From Zygnema circumcarinatum SAG 698-1b (Eukaryota > Plantae > Zygnematophyceae), in assembly GCA_037447605.1 (NCBI GenBank), contig CM074811.1, positions 2,666,001 through 2,730,000 of the forward strand: DNA of 64,000 bases, given 5' to 3'. Positions within the stretch are counted from its first letter, which is position 1, and every line of letters starts with the position of its first letter. The notes below the pieces were generated by a model, which was not told where the DNA came from, did no database searches, and worked only from the letters and a program-made list of their open reading frames with translations. Below, one piece after another: positions 36,687 to 49,300 of the stretch. The position numbers and the translations under genes are program-made.

Positions 36687-39600
36687 ATGGCGGAACTCGT
36701 GTTGCCCCGCTGCTGTGCAAGCGCGTCGCTGCGCCCTCCACCAGCTTCGTTGGCCTCGTATGAGACGCGCCATGGCTTCCAATGCCTCCCTGCTGGCAGG
36801 AGGACTCTGGGAGGGAAGGAGGGAGGGAGTGCTGCTGCGGGAAGGAAAGGGGCTTTGCTAAGAGGGAGGAGGGAGAGGGAGGGTATGGTGACTGGAAATC
36901 GGGCAGAGCTGAGGGCGAGCTCTACAGGGTGAGTGATTTTTATAAGCCCTTCTCTTCAACGGCTTCACATTGGGCTGGTTAGGAGCTGCCGGTGCAATTC
37001 ATTGCTTTTTGGAGTTTAAAAAAACTCCATTGTTATTTTGTTCGTGTGTTTCTTTGCCTGTATTTCTTTTGCTGCTTCTCTGTTGATTATCCAAGAAATT
37101 TAAGAAACTCAAGTTAAATCATGGAAAGGTCATTTTCACTTCGTACTCATCCTCCCATCACTCGAGAGAACAGAACTTGAGTTCTTACATAGAAAATACA
37201 TGTTGTGGAGCAGACGAAATTTAGAGCCTAGTGACGGCAATCCGTTACTGGAGCAATTAGAACGTTTGGCGGGAGGCGGTACTAACGGCCGCTTGATTCG
37301 AGCTCTAGTAGAGGCAGCGCGGCGTGATTTCCAAAGCACGGCGCAGGAAACAGCAGAGATCTGGCTCAATTTACCGCCCCCGGAGCTCACAGGTGCGGTC
37401 TGAACCTCCGTTCGCATGGGCCTCGTCTTAAGGGTTTGAAACAGAAAATGTATCAACATTACAGATGTCGGGATGAATTTTTTTTCTCATTTTGTGAGGT
37501 TCAAGGTCTGGCGATAAGTGGAGTTTGCTGGGGGATGTTCTGCTGATTGACACGTGTGAAACAGGGAAGCCTGGGAACGGCAGACACCCTGCCTCCTGCA
37601 ATGCTTGCAGATGAGGACGGACGCTTTGTTGACGTGGACGGTGTAACTGTTCATTACAAGGAAGTGGGAGCAGCCTCTCCCTCTCCTGCAGCCCCTACAC
37701 TTGTGCTTCTGCACGGCTTGTCAGGCAGGTCAGTAGATGCGTGCACCAAAACGGGGAGAGGGAGAGAGAGACAGAGAGAGAGAGGGAGAGAAAGGGAGAG
37801 AGAGGGAGGGAGAGAGAGAGAGAGGAGAGAGATAGAGGGAGAGGATGTAGAGAAAGTAGTGAGGTGGTTTCTTCCTGGATGTTGGCAAACAGTCAGAGTG
37901 GAACTGGTTTCAAGAGCAGCTGAGTTGAAGCTGAGCCAAGGAAGATGAAGTTCCTGAGGGAAAAGAAGGAATGGGATAGGTGTTGCACTCCGTTCATGTA
38001 GGTTCCCGCCGCTTTCTTACTCAAAAAATTCCAAGCACGTCTCTCTTGCTGTTCTGCACAGTGTGTTCTCGTGGCGCCTAGTCATGGAGGGTCTCTCACA
38101 AATAGGCCCCAACGGATGTCGCGTTGTTGCATTTGACAGACCGCCATTTGGCCTCTCCTCGAGGTGAGCGTGGTAGTGGCAATAGTAGCCCCCTTGAGTT
38201 ATTCTCGGTCTTGATTGCTCCCAATACAGTTTCTTTCCAGTCATCTTCTCTAGTTTAGCATCCTCGGCTGCAAGCACTCTGCTTTTCAAGTTAAGGCTTC
38301 GTTTTGAAGCTGTCTACCCAATTTCTGACGAGGAGTGACAACAGGAAGTTTTTTATTATGAAGTATGTGCAGATATGTGCCTGAATCTGAAACTGAAAGT
38401 GAAGGGTTGGCCATGGCAGGCCGCTAGAAGTGAAGGAGGGAAAAGAAAATCCGTACACAAACGAGGGAGCAGCTCGCCTCACTGTAGCTTTAATGGATGC
38501 TTTGAACATTCAGAGGGCAATCCTTGTCGGGTAACTTCTGCACTTCTCTTCGTTTCCTTCTCACAATCAGTGAACAGCTTTCAATATCTCACAGACATGG
38601 ACGCATCCTATCTCACATAGCTTCCAATAGACCAATGTGTGGACTTAAGCATGTATATCGTTCATGCACTTGTGGGACATAGCAATCAAAGCTATATGGT
38701 TCTGTCATGCATCGACATAATCAGTGTACGCTTTCGCTTTCGTTTTCTTTAATTTAGCATAATTCCTCTGTTTTCTGTTCAGGCATTCTGCCGGAGCTTC
38801 CATCGCTATTGAGGCTGCTCTTGAATATCCGGACCGAGTTTCAGGGCTGCTGCTTATCTCCCCAAGCGTATTTTTGACGAGCGTGATTCGAATGACAAGC
38901 TTTAGGACGCAGGTCTGCCGTCGACACCTTATTGTCTAAACCGTGAAAGGAAGGGGTAACTAGAAAAGGCAACTCTAAGGCAAATTGGATTACTTGGGTT
39001 TTCTTTCCTAACTCAAACAGCTGCTTTACCAAGCCTGCTAGCGATTAAACTTCGGAACTTTGGAAAATTTTCAATACCCGGAGAATTTTAACCGGTTTCG
39101 GGGCCAAACGGGGTACAGCTGAATCTGCTGTATTCACAACTCGTTTTGAGGGTGCCCGGCGCTAACCTCAATTATGTGCGGAATCAGGTGCGGTGGGTGA
39201 GAGTGGGAGGGAGGGAGGGACAAAGAAAAGTAGGGAGAGAAGGAAAGAGGACCTTTCTTAGTCGCTGCTGGGTCTATTACATCTTTGTCCTCTCTCCTCC
39301 TCCACCGTTCTCTCTCTCGGCTCGTTTTGGGAGCTGAGAATAAAGAAAACCCCAATAGGTTTAAGTAAACCCTTGGGAAATCGGCGACTTTGGCCAAAAG
39401 CTTGGGCTGGGAGATTGAGAGTTTTGAGTCATGAATATAGAATGTGAATGGTTGTGGACACCATCCACCAGCAACCGTATCGTCTTTACTTGTCAATTCA
39501 ATAGACTCAGTTTAGAGCGCGCGTCCTATATGTGATGTGTTTTGGGAACTGGACGAAAATGAATGTAACGGCCAGTGGAGGTCTGAGTTTAAAAAAAAAA

Positions 39601-40825
39601 AAAGATTTTGACAAGGCAAACGAGAATGTCTCTTACTGAATTCGTCGTCCTCATAGTCGTTCCTTGGCGGGTTTGCAGTACATCCAACGGAGAGCGGCTG
39701 TACTTCGAGGGGAGAGTTTTGGGTACTATGACAAATCTCTCGTTACCGACGAGGTCAGCAGCGGCTCTCATTGCTCGTTCAGAGTGTGTCCAGTCTCTGT
39801 GGGTTTGTAGAGTTAGGCCTCTTAAGTGAACGTTAGGCGCGTGGCTCCTATTCCTCTGCTCTTCCCTTGTATATATTCCACTGAAATACGGCAAACTGTA
39901 GTCCTTGACCTCATTCTTTCTGTTTCTACATTCGCTGTAACCCTCTGAACGGTTCAAAAAAAACCTTCAAATGAAAACGCAGGTGATTCAAGGCTACATA
40001 CTGCCAATGAAGGCTAAGGACTGGGACAAGGGCGCCTTACAGCTCTACCGTACCTTTGGTCTCGACTCAATGGGGAATCGTATTAACCAACTTCAGGCGC
40101 CAGGTACAAGAGAGAGGGCTGTGAGTTGGCGGGCGAAATCTCTATGGAGACAGAGCAGATTCCTCAGTTCATGTTTGTCAATGTAGTTGTTGTACCGAGT
40201 CCCGTGTGTTAATTCTCTCTATTCCTATGTTTGCAGTGAGTATCATCCAAGGGAGGGAGGACACCGCCGTCACCGAAGAGTCAGCCAATGAGCTGCAGCG
40301 GCAGCTGCAGATGGTGACCGCGGTCGACTACCACGTCCTTGAGAAATGCGGCCACCTGCCCCCGGTAAGCAGCTCGTCACTCGTTCCGGGTCGTGTACAG
40401 CGAGCTGTTCAAGGTTCTTTTCGTGAGGGAGGGTGAGAGAGATCGAGAGGGAGAGGGAGAGCGGAAAGGGAGAAAAAAAAGACCTGTTGGTTGTCGGGTC
40501 AAGTTACGTAGGGACCAGGAACCGTTACCATGACAGGAATTAGGATGCGCTCTAGTGAGGACGTACCCGAAATGCTGTAAAGCATTTGGTGGATGTAAAG
40601 GATTTCCTTGTCAGAAGCGCCTCGTGCCCTGTCATTCCGGCTGACCATCTGTTCCTGAAACAGGGAAGGGCCGGTTAGTTCGCTTGGACGACTGAGGGTG
40701 CTGAGTGCTGTCGCTGGTTTTCTTTTGGTTGACCCGTCATTTTGCATGTGCAGGAGGAGTATCCCGAGGAGGTCATAAAGTTGGCCGCAGCCTTTGTCAG
40801 CAGAATTGTGGCCGCAGCTCCTTGA
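36687..40825 (+). CDS. Alpha/beta-fold hydrolase with probable N-terminal organellar transit peptide
   Basis: Spliced motifs: RFVDVDGVTVHYKE, TLVLLHGLSG|SVFSWR, RVVAFDRPPFGLSSR, NPYT...AILVG|HSAGASIA (GxSxG nucleophile), IIQGREDTAV (Asp), LEKCGHLPP|EEYPEEV (His). Stop TGA 40823-40825. Confidence 0.9.
37757..37842. repeat. (GA)-rich microsatellite, intronic
   Basis: Directly visible purine tract. Confidence 0.85.
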
Positions 40826-41939
40826 GTCGGTCTCGCCTGAATGTGCAATGTATAGGAGTATATAATTCATTCACCTTAGGAACATTTCTTAGGGACTTCA
40901 TGCGCGCTACTAGTTAATGGAACTTCAAAACTTATTTGGTTGTATACTGCGCACAAGACTAAATGTAAAGAATAAAAAGGCACCTTTGAGGAGCATTTAT
41001 ATAGTTTTACCATGGCTTATTGCAATTTTAAATGGTTGGAATATTCTAGGTTTATTGTAACTTTGTTGTATATCGAATTGTCACCTTCATGAGCCTTCCT
41101 TCCTTGGGATTTTTTTTGTGGTAGTATTTAACCTCTCTGTCGGTAAATTAAATCATTTCCTGGCTGTACTCTGTTGTATGCCTTCTAAAACACTCTTTCA
41201 CCAATTGTTGGTGAAAGAGCTTGTTTTCCTAATTAGAAAATCACCTATTGTATACACGCATACAAGAACTCGTGGTACTCCACCCACCATTCCAAAGATA
41301 TCTAGTAAGCACTGCCAGGAAGACAGCTTGACTTACCAGTTGACCAGGTTGGTCAGCTTGTCAAAAACAACTAGTTAACTTGGTCAACTGGTTAGAAGCG
41401 TTTATCTTTTTTTTTTGAGAATCAAAACTATGTGAAAGACATACGGGGGGGGGGTTCAGACTTTGTTAAAAAGTCTTGAAATCAGTAACTCTCTCCCGTG
41501 AAGTAAATAGTAATCGCGAAACAAAAGTACGCGAGTTCACAGTTCAAAGTACAGTTCAGGTCGCAAATAACGGAACGATCAAGTCTCCTTCTAGAATATA
41601 TTGAGTCACCCTTGTTAGTACAGACATCCAGATGTAGCAACCTTTTTTACCGAGCAGCGATCAGTTTCACGCTGCCAACTGCCCCAAGTGCAGAGAGCCG
41701 ATAACATATGGTAGTGCACAGAGCCGATAACACGTTACGTTGCTTGAAAGCCCCATAAAAGAACAAGAGTAGTGGAATAACATATAGACAGCATCCCCTT
41801 TCACACTTCTCATGCCCTTTTTTGCATGGCAATCGCTCAGCCTCCTCAGAATCTCAACTATAGGATCTCCCTACCGTTTTGCCGCCACCCCCCCGACGGA
41901 ACGAATCATAAACGTTGTCTGCCTCTTGGTCTCCAAACC

Positions 41940-44900
41940 TTACGCCAAGCCCTTCACAAACTTTTCAAGTTCAACCACAGAGATATCGGAGCCATCCTGA
42001 GCTGCAACAAGGACTTTTTGTGTGACGTTTACAAACAGTCCTGCACCAACCAAAAAGCCCATATCAGAAAGGTACATCTCTTTATGGCTCATTGAAGTGC
42101 TGGTTAGGTCTACCTGGCTACCAAAGTTGTCTTACACAGGTTTGTTTTAAAATCCGGAACTAGTAAAATGTGCAGAAAATAATGCAATATAGACATGGCC
42201 CACAAATGATTTGAAGTTGCTACATGCCATTGATCCAGAGCCATAATCATCTAACTGGGGAGAAAGTTGTCCAAAAAAGAAACGTTCCTCCTATGCACGA
42301 CGATGAAAGGGAAACAACACATTCAATACCATGCTGCACATAGAATGATTGTGACCCTTTGCGTGATATGAGAGACATTTGTTAAACGAGCACACTAAGC
42401 TTTGCATAGCACACCATTCTCAACGACGCCGGGGATGTTATTGATTGCCTTCTCCATCGCAGCAGGATCCTCAATGCCATTAGGAAACCTGCAAAGTGAG
42501 CAGCACCAGCACAAGGTAAGGCCCAACAATGGAAATAATGTGCCTCATCTGCCGTATCCACTGGCAGAAAGATAACATGGTATTTGTCGACTGCTACAAA
42601 GGTGAACTCCAATAGGACCTTTCTTGTCAGGCGAAAAAAGCAACCTGCCAAATCGGATGCATCCAGCAAGCTTCAATAGGAAGAAAATGTATAAGAGTTC
42701 TGAATTTCATTAAAATCTGCCAAATGTGGTGTTCTACTATATCTAGCTTGAGGTAGAAGAACGAAACCCCTGCATTTTCCCACCTGACATCCACAATCAT
42801 GTTTCCCAGATCGGTCATTACAGGGCCGTCTTTTCTCAAAGCGCTTCTAATCTCCGGAGCTGCGATTACCAACCACATTCCCCTTTCGACCATGTCAATT
42901 CCAACCACAGCAATTAAAAAACTGCAGGGAGTGGAGCGCCAGAGGAAATGGAGCGAGCAAAATTGGAGGACGCACGGATTACCGCTAGCCTGTTATCTAG
43001 GCGAGTGCAAATGTCAAGAAAAAAATCGTTGATTCAGAAACGTGGGGCTTAGACGGACGTACCGCCTCCCAGTGCAACGAGACTCCTCAAGACTGGAGAT
43101 ATAGCTGGCGGCAACACCTCAACCTGCCAGACCAATCATGAAGACCACATCAACCTTAGCATTTCACATCCACAGTCGAAAGTGTCACACTTGTAGGGGT
43201 GGAGTGTTGCGTTGATTCCATATCAGTGATGCTACTGATGATTGGATGGGAAATGCTGACTCACTGGAAGTGGAAAGGTTGTACCGAGCTTTGCCACCAC
43301 TTTGGACTGGTCAACAATAATGATAGTTTCCTTTGCCATTGTGTCAACCACCTGAGTTGACAAATAAAAATTCCAATGCATTTGGGGTAGCAACATAAGA
43401 AGAAATGATTGAACGGGCGAGATTATATGTTGTAATTGCGAGAATCACGAAACAATACGAGAATGACATTAAATCAAAGGACGAAAATAGCCAACAAAAC
43501 AGCTTTAACGGCCAATGTAAAGAGGAAAAAGGGTAGGAGGCCTAGCAGTCGCTTCAGCACATGCTCACCTTTTCCAGAGTATGCGCTGCCCCTCCTCCCT
43601 ACAAAAATGAATGTCAACAAAAGTTGACAGGTCCATGAGGAGAGTTCATGAAGTAATATCTTTTTTAATTATGAAAGTCATGCAATAGACTGAACGAGTG
43701 AAAACTAACAGTCAAGAGAATTAAGTCTCAAAGTTTCCTTCTCAGCATAGTTATCATTATTATAATCTTGTATGACCAGCTGCAATGTGAATACGCTATC
43801 TATCACGGCAAATTTTTAAACGGCCCATTCTTCACCTTGATGAGGTTCATCTGAGCATCCACTTCATCCGCTCCATCAATAGCAATATCGATATGATTCA
43901 CATCGTTTAAATCAACCTGCGTAGGAACATGTTTCCGTGAGAACTCCATTAGAAGCAGACTGCTATTATGACTGCTATCGATACTATTGACAAACGAGCA
44001 AGCAGTTCATGCAAGGATCAAGCAACTGATCAGGACACAAAAAAGTAGATCCTCCGTACCGTCTTCACACCAAACTGACGAGCCAGAATCCGAGCTTGAA
44101 AACTAGTCACAACTGCCACCACGTCCCTCAACTGCGCAGAAAAAAAATAACTGCGATACATGAACAACAGCTCATGGATATTGAAAGGTCGATGGTGATC
44201 TTTGTCCATAATGGGAGATTTTTTTCCAAAGTTTAAAAAAAACATGAAAAAAGGCGCAAAAAAAAAATCCCTTCGAAGTAGAGGAAAGCTAAAGATAAAC
44301 AACGCGGCCCCCGAAGAGAATCGTAAAACGGACATTGGGCTCCACATTGACACTTTTCAGCACAACTTTGTCCCTTTCTTCCGTTATATGTCAAAACTGG
44401 CATGAGTGACCGAACTGCAAAAAGCAAGCACCGTAAACGTTGCACACATGTGCGGTCTATCAGTGAAGAACACATAAAGCTAACGAGATCTGCAGCTCTA
44501 GTGGGAAACATAATTTATTCTATACCTCACCTTCAGCTTGCCTAGCTCTTCAATAGCCATGCAGGCAGTGCTTCCTGTGCCAAGTCCGACAATGTTGCCA
44601 GGCTTCACCAAGGACACCGCCTTCTTGGCAGCTGCTCGCTTTAACGATTCTTGCAGCTGAGGATCAATCCCTGATGACAATCCGGTCCGGAAAAAAAGAT
44701 GCGAATGTAAGTTGAACAAGCGCTACAAAGTCCTCCAGGCATGTCTACACTAGCAGGTTTAATTCTTTAGCGATATGAAGTGAGAAAGAAGCAAGAGTTT
44801 GAACTGACGATACATCGCTAAAACACAGAAAGAACGACACTAGCATTGATACTATGCCCTGGCCTACTGAAATCCTCTACGAGACATATAACTTACTGGT

Positions 44901-45104
44901 TGCTGCAGCTTCCTGCGCCAGGCTCGACGTACAAGCTGTGCGGCCGTTTCTTCTTCCAACCTTGCCGGTCGCAGCTAAGGAGACATTCAACTTCACCTTC
45001 TGGGTGCCAACAAATGCTAGATGCGCTGCTTCCTTGTCTGAGATGCTGCTAGACAAGCCGCGCATGCTGACCGCGTTCGAGCAATGCTGCACAAGAGTCG
45101 CCAT
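41940..45104 (-). CDS. RPI: Ribose-5-phosphate isomerase A, plastid-targeted
   Basis: S/A/R-rich transit-like exon 1 (MATLVQHCSNAVSMRGLSSS). Motifs: LKRAAAKKAV...GLGTGSTA, TSFQARILARQFG, IDIAIDGADEVD...LIK|GGGAAHTLEK, IIVDQSK, LP|VEVLP, GPVMTDLGNMIVDV, IPGVVEN|GLF. Stop TAA 41942-41940. Confidence 0.95.
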
Positions 45105-45317
45105 TGTCACGACCTTCACTCGCTGAAGCTCTCAACTCCCTCCCTCAAAGCTAATCAGAACACCTCCTCTCCTCTCCTGGCGGCCTCTCCTCCCCCCTCC
45201 TCGTCTGCCAAAGAACCAGCAAGAGCACGGCAGGAGCAAGCAGGCCTGCAAAACCCTCCAAACTCTTGGAACCCTCCGAACTTTCTTCCAAGGGCTTGGG
45301 CTGCTCCAAGATTCGCC

Positions 45318-45587
45318 CACGTGGCAGCACCAGGAAGTATCTTCAGCCGCCGCCGACTCAGGAGAGGCGCCGCCGCGCCACGTGGACAACAATTTCGGAA
45401 CTTCCAAAGCCACTTTTTTTAACTGGCTGACCGTCGAAACGTAGCGCCTCCCATTGGCTCGCTCGTCGGGCTTATTGTCGAAACCTTTGAGAAGGGCCAG
45501 AGATTCCGAGGAAAGTATTTTCTTTCTTGGAAAACCGCCGCGAGTGGATTGCCGTTCGGCGGGTCCCAGGGGGGGCCCACGCACGTG
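45318..45587. promoter_or_regulatory. Three G-boxes (CACGTG) upstream of the plastid RPI gene
   Basis: CACGTG at 45318, 45379 and 45582, 0.2-0.5 kb upstream of the ATG. This fits light/bZIP regulation, which is an inference. Confidence 0.4.
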
Positions 45588-46331
45588 TGCCACGCTGCAG
45601 CGCAACGACGAGACCTGCCGGATGCGGCCATCGGAGCCGTTCATCCGCGGGCCCCATGTTTTTGGCTTATTCGCGGTACGGTATCTTTTGTCGCACGCTC
45701 CGGCGGGAGGAGCGGCCCGCCGAGCACTGCGATGGATGGGTGGGTACAACTTTCATGTTGTGGATAGGCACATGCACATGCCATCAAAGACATTCATGTC
45801 ATATCATGTCCATGTCCATGTCCGTTTGCATCAATGTTAAATCCTCGAGTTAAGACTGTAGGCAGACTCTTGGCACGATTGTCTGACGAGAAAACACGAG
45901 CAACAATGCGAGTCAACCAGACATTAGAGTATGGAAACATCCTCCAAATAGACTTCCAATTGCATATGCCGGTTGAAATTTACAGCTTGGGACATGAGAT
46001 TGCTTGCTTTCTTGAAAGTAAAGCGAACTCAATGGCACCATACCACTAGGAAAGAAAACGTGGTAGTCAAATGGAACCTGCACATGTCTCACCCTTCCAG
46101 TAAATCAGCCCCAGGCACTATATGCCTGACCTATGCTCCTAACCTACGAAATTAACAGTCCTCAGTCTTTTCACATTCAAGTGAAACTCCTCCTATGTGC
46201 CTTTTTTCAGTGGAGTCCATGAGGAGCAAAAGTGGAACAATAGAAACAAGGTGAAGGAGACCACCTTCTTTCTGCTCTGTTCTGGCGAGTATGGCCCTAA
46301 GTTCAATCAGTTACATGCGGCCTGAAGAGCA

Positions 46332-49300
46332 TCACAGCCCAGTTCCGCCAAAGAAGTTGTGATGATATCCTGAGACCCAAGGGAGAGTTTTCTTCTGCCT
46401 CGAAATAATCTTGAAGGACTCCTCAGCCTCCACCTGTTTTCGAGGATCTCCTTTTGCATAGACGGATGCCCTATCAGGATGAAAAGTGAGCAGCGCCTTC
46501 TTGTATGCTGCTTGCACCTGCACATACAGAAAACAAGGAGCATACATCATCTGATTTCTGCAGATACAATGTATCTGTCCTCTCCGCTGCAGTAAAAGAT
46601 GTTCACACAGGAGACAATCCGAGGACCATTCCAACAACATGACCAGCCGGCTGAGAAGGGTAACCGCAGTCCCGCCATACCTGAGGGCCTGTAGGGTTGC
46701 CAGCACCGTCAATGGGGATACCCAGTCTTTGCAGCAAGGAGGCCATGTCATAGCAGCTTTTACACACGTGCTCCAAATGGGCACGAATCTGGCCACGAAC
46801 TTGCTCCTTACGCCCCATATTCCACTCCTCCTGTTCACCCCATCGTTGCACAGCCGACATGAGAACTGTTTGCTATGGAGAAAACAAATGGTTTATCCTG
46901 ATACCTGACTCATTTCCCAAGACCATCGTAAGGACAATTGAAGACACCGTTCCCCAGACGCAATGAATGATGAAATGTAGTAGTAATTCAATTAACAAAT
47001 TTGATAGCCACACCGACCATAAGCTCCACTAGCCAGACTTCGACCATGCCCTTATAAAAATCATGAGGCTTGGAAGACATTGGCGCTCTGACAGCTCTGG
47101 ATGAAACAGGCTGGTGAAACACTTTTACATCCATTACCATTCTCAGGATCTGATGAGTCACTTTAAAGGATACAATGAAAATGCTCGTAAATCAGTTTAT
47201 GAACACACAGGCCTTCTGCAACACACCCTTTTTGATAAAAAAAACCTACTACAAGGTAAAAAATGCCCAAAGGTAGCCTCAATTCTGCATCCACCTTCGC
47301 TATTCAATGGTTCGGTGGCTCTTCAACGGAGAGAAAGAGCAAGCTTGTAAAGCGAACGTGCGCATTTGTATAGACTTCTAAAGACTCTTTTACGTTCCTT
47401 GATGTGAAGAGCACACCATCATACATATTCAAGTATTATCATACGGCAATTGCATTTAAACTTCACGTTGCTGAAATTTGCACGTTTTGAACTATTCCTC
47501 ATTTTCGCCTCCAAAATCTTCCTACATTCGAGCAATCCTTTAAAATTCGTTAAATACTGTGGCCTGCCTCAAAAACTGCATAAATGATGTCTCCAACTTC
47601 CAGTTTACTTACAGTTGGAATGTCTATTTGCTTAACTATTGACCACACACAAACCACTGGGTTTTGCTGCTTCCATGAAGCATGCTGTCAGCGTACAATC
47701 TGGTCCACACCTCAGACATGTTCAGTTCCTTGTTTGGCTCTTATGGAAGGAAGGTATGTGACTCCCCTACATGACGCTTAACATTACTGGTCCTGCTCTT
47801 GACCAAATAATAACGACCATTTGCAATGACTGAAAACATAGTACTGATAGTACTTGCAAATTTGCATGAGATGAATGGTAAAACGAAAGATTCAATTGTA
47901 ACAGTCGCTTCAATAAATATAATTGCAACAATCACTTCGACGATGTATGGTGTTTTCGAACTGCTATCGCAACGGCATATGCATGAGGGACTTTTCACTG
48001 ACCAGATATTGTTAAATATCGAAACATCAATAAGTCAGGGCTCATAGGGTGAGACATCACTCCGTATGGATCACAGATTGAGATCATGCAAACCCCCAGA
48101 CGCACCTGCTGCTGCTTTTCCCTCATTTCTTCCAGTCGTTGGCGCTGTCTACTCTCCATTTCTGCTTTGCGTTCGCCTTCTGCTCGTTTGCGCTTTCGAA
48201 GCCGTTGAACCTCCAATGCCTGCAACACTTAGGTCTTACCCAATGGTGAGCAGTGTGCAATATTGCATGACACGCTCAAACATCTCTGAATACTCTTGCT
48301 GATTGACCCTTGGCCCGTCATGCAGGACAATTGCCGAAGCAGGATAATCACTAGATTTAGCTTGACTGCTGATTGTTTTCCGAAGCCGTTGCTTGCTGAA
48401 CAAACAACGTGCATGCGACATCGAAAGCTCTGTAATGCTGCAGGACTAAAATCCCACATTCAACAGCAAGTCCTGTACTAGCAAAATAAGGACTTTGGTA
48501 ATCAAATATCGTAGACTTCAATACAGTACTCCAACCAGTGTTTTGCCTGCAAAGGCATAAGAGAGAAGGCATCAACTACCAACCTGACGTTGCAGCTCTT
48601 GCTGTCTCTGTATCCACTCCTCCTGATCTGCTTGCTGAAACTCAACACTTTCCTTCATGCGCTCCCTCTCGCCAATCAAACGGTCGTCCGGAGTTCCCAC
48701 TCTTTCAGAGAGGCTATGTGGTTTGGCTCCTTCCGTTGGCACTTGATCAGTCGTACGACCCCCTTCGCTCCCTACCGCTGCTACAGTGCTCATCTCCACA
48801 TCTGAACTTGCCTGAGGGTGCGCACCATCTTCACCAGGTTGTGATTGTGTTGAATGTCCAGCTGCTGGAAAACCTGACATGCAGGCTGTTGCAAAAGAGC
48901 TTACTCTGTCCGATGCAGTGTCTGTTTCGTCATACTGATCCCGTCGCAATGCCGTGCTGTAATTCGCATGCACTCTATCGGGAGTTTCAGGTATTCCTGA
49001 TACAACCCCCTTTCCTTTTACGCCAAACACTGACGACTCCATCGGTTGACCACCTGTGTCAGAACTGCCAAAAACGCAGAATCTTGGCAAAATAGGAGTT
49101 TCCACTCCCTTACCATTCTTCCGTACAGTTGCAGGTGAAGAATCCCTTAATCCGAGCTTTGAGAAATCCTCCGCGTCAGCTACATTAACATTCAAACCAG
49201 CTGCTTGTCCACCGTCTGTATGCCTACTACTCTGACTTGTACTTGTCTTAAGTCCAGTCCCCTTCCCAGAAAAACGGCTGCCTTCATGAGGCGAACTCCA

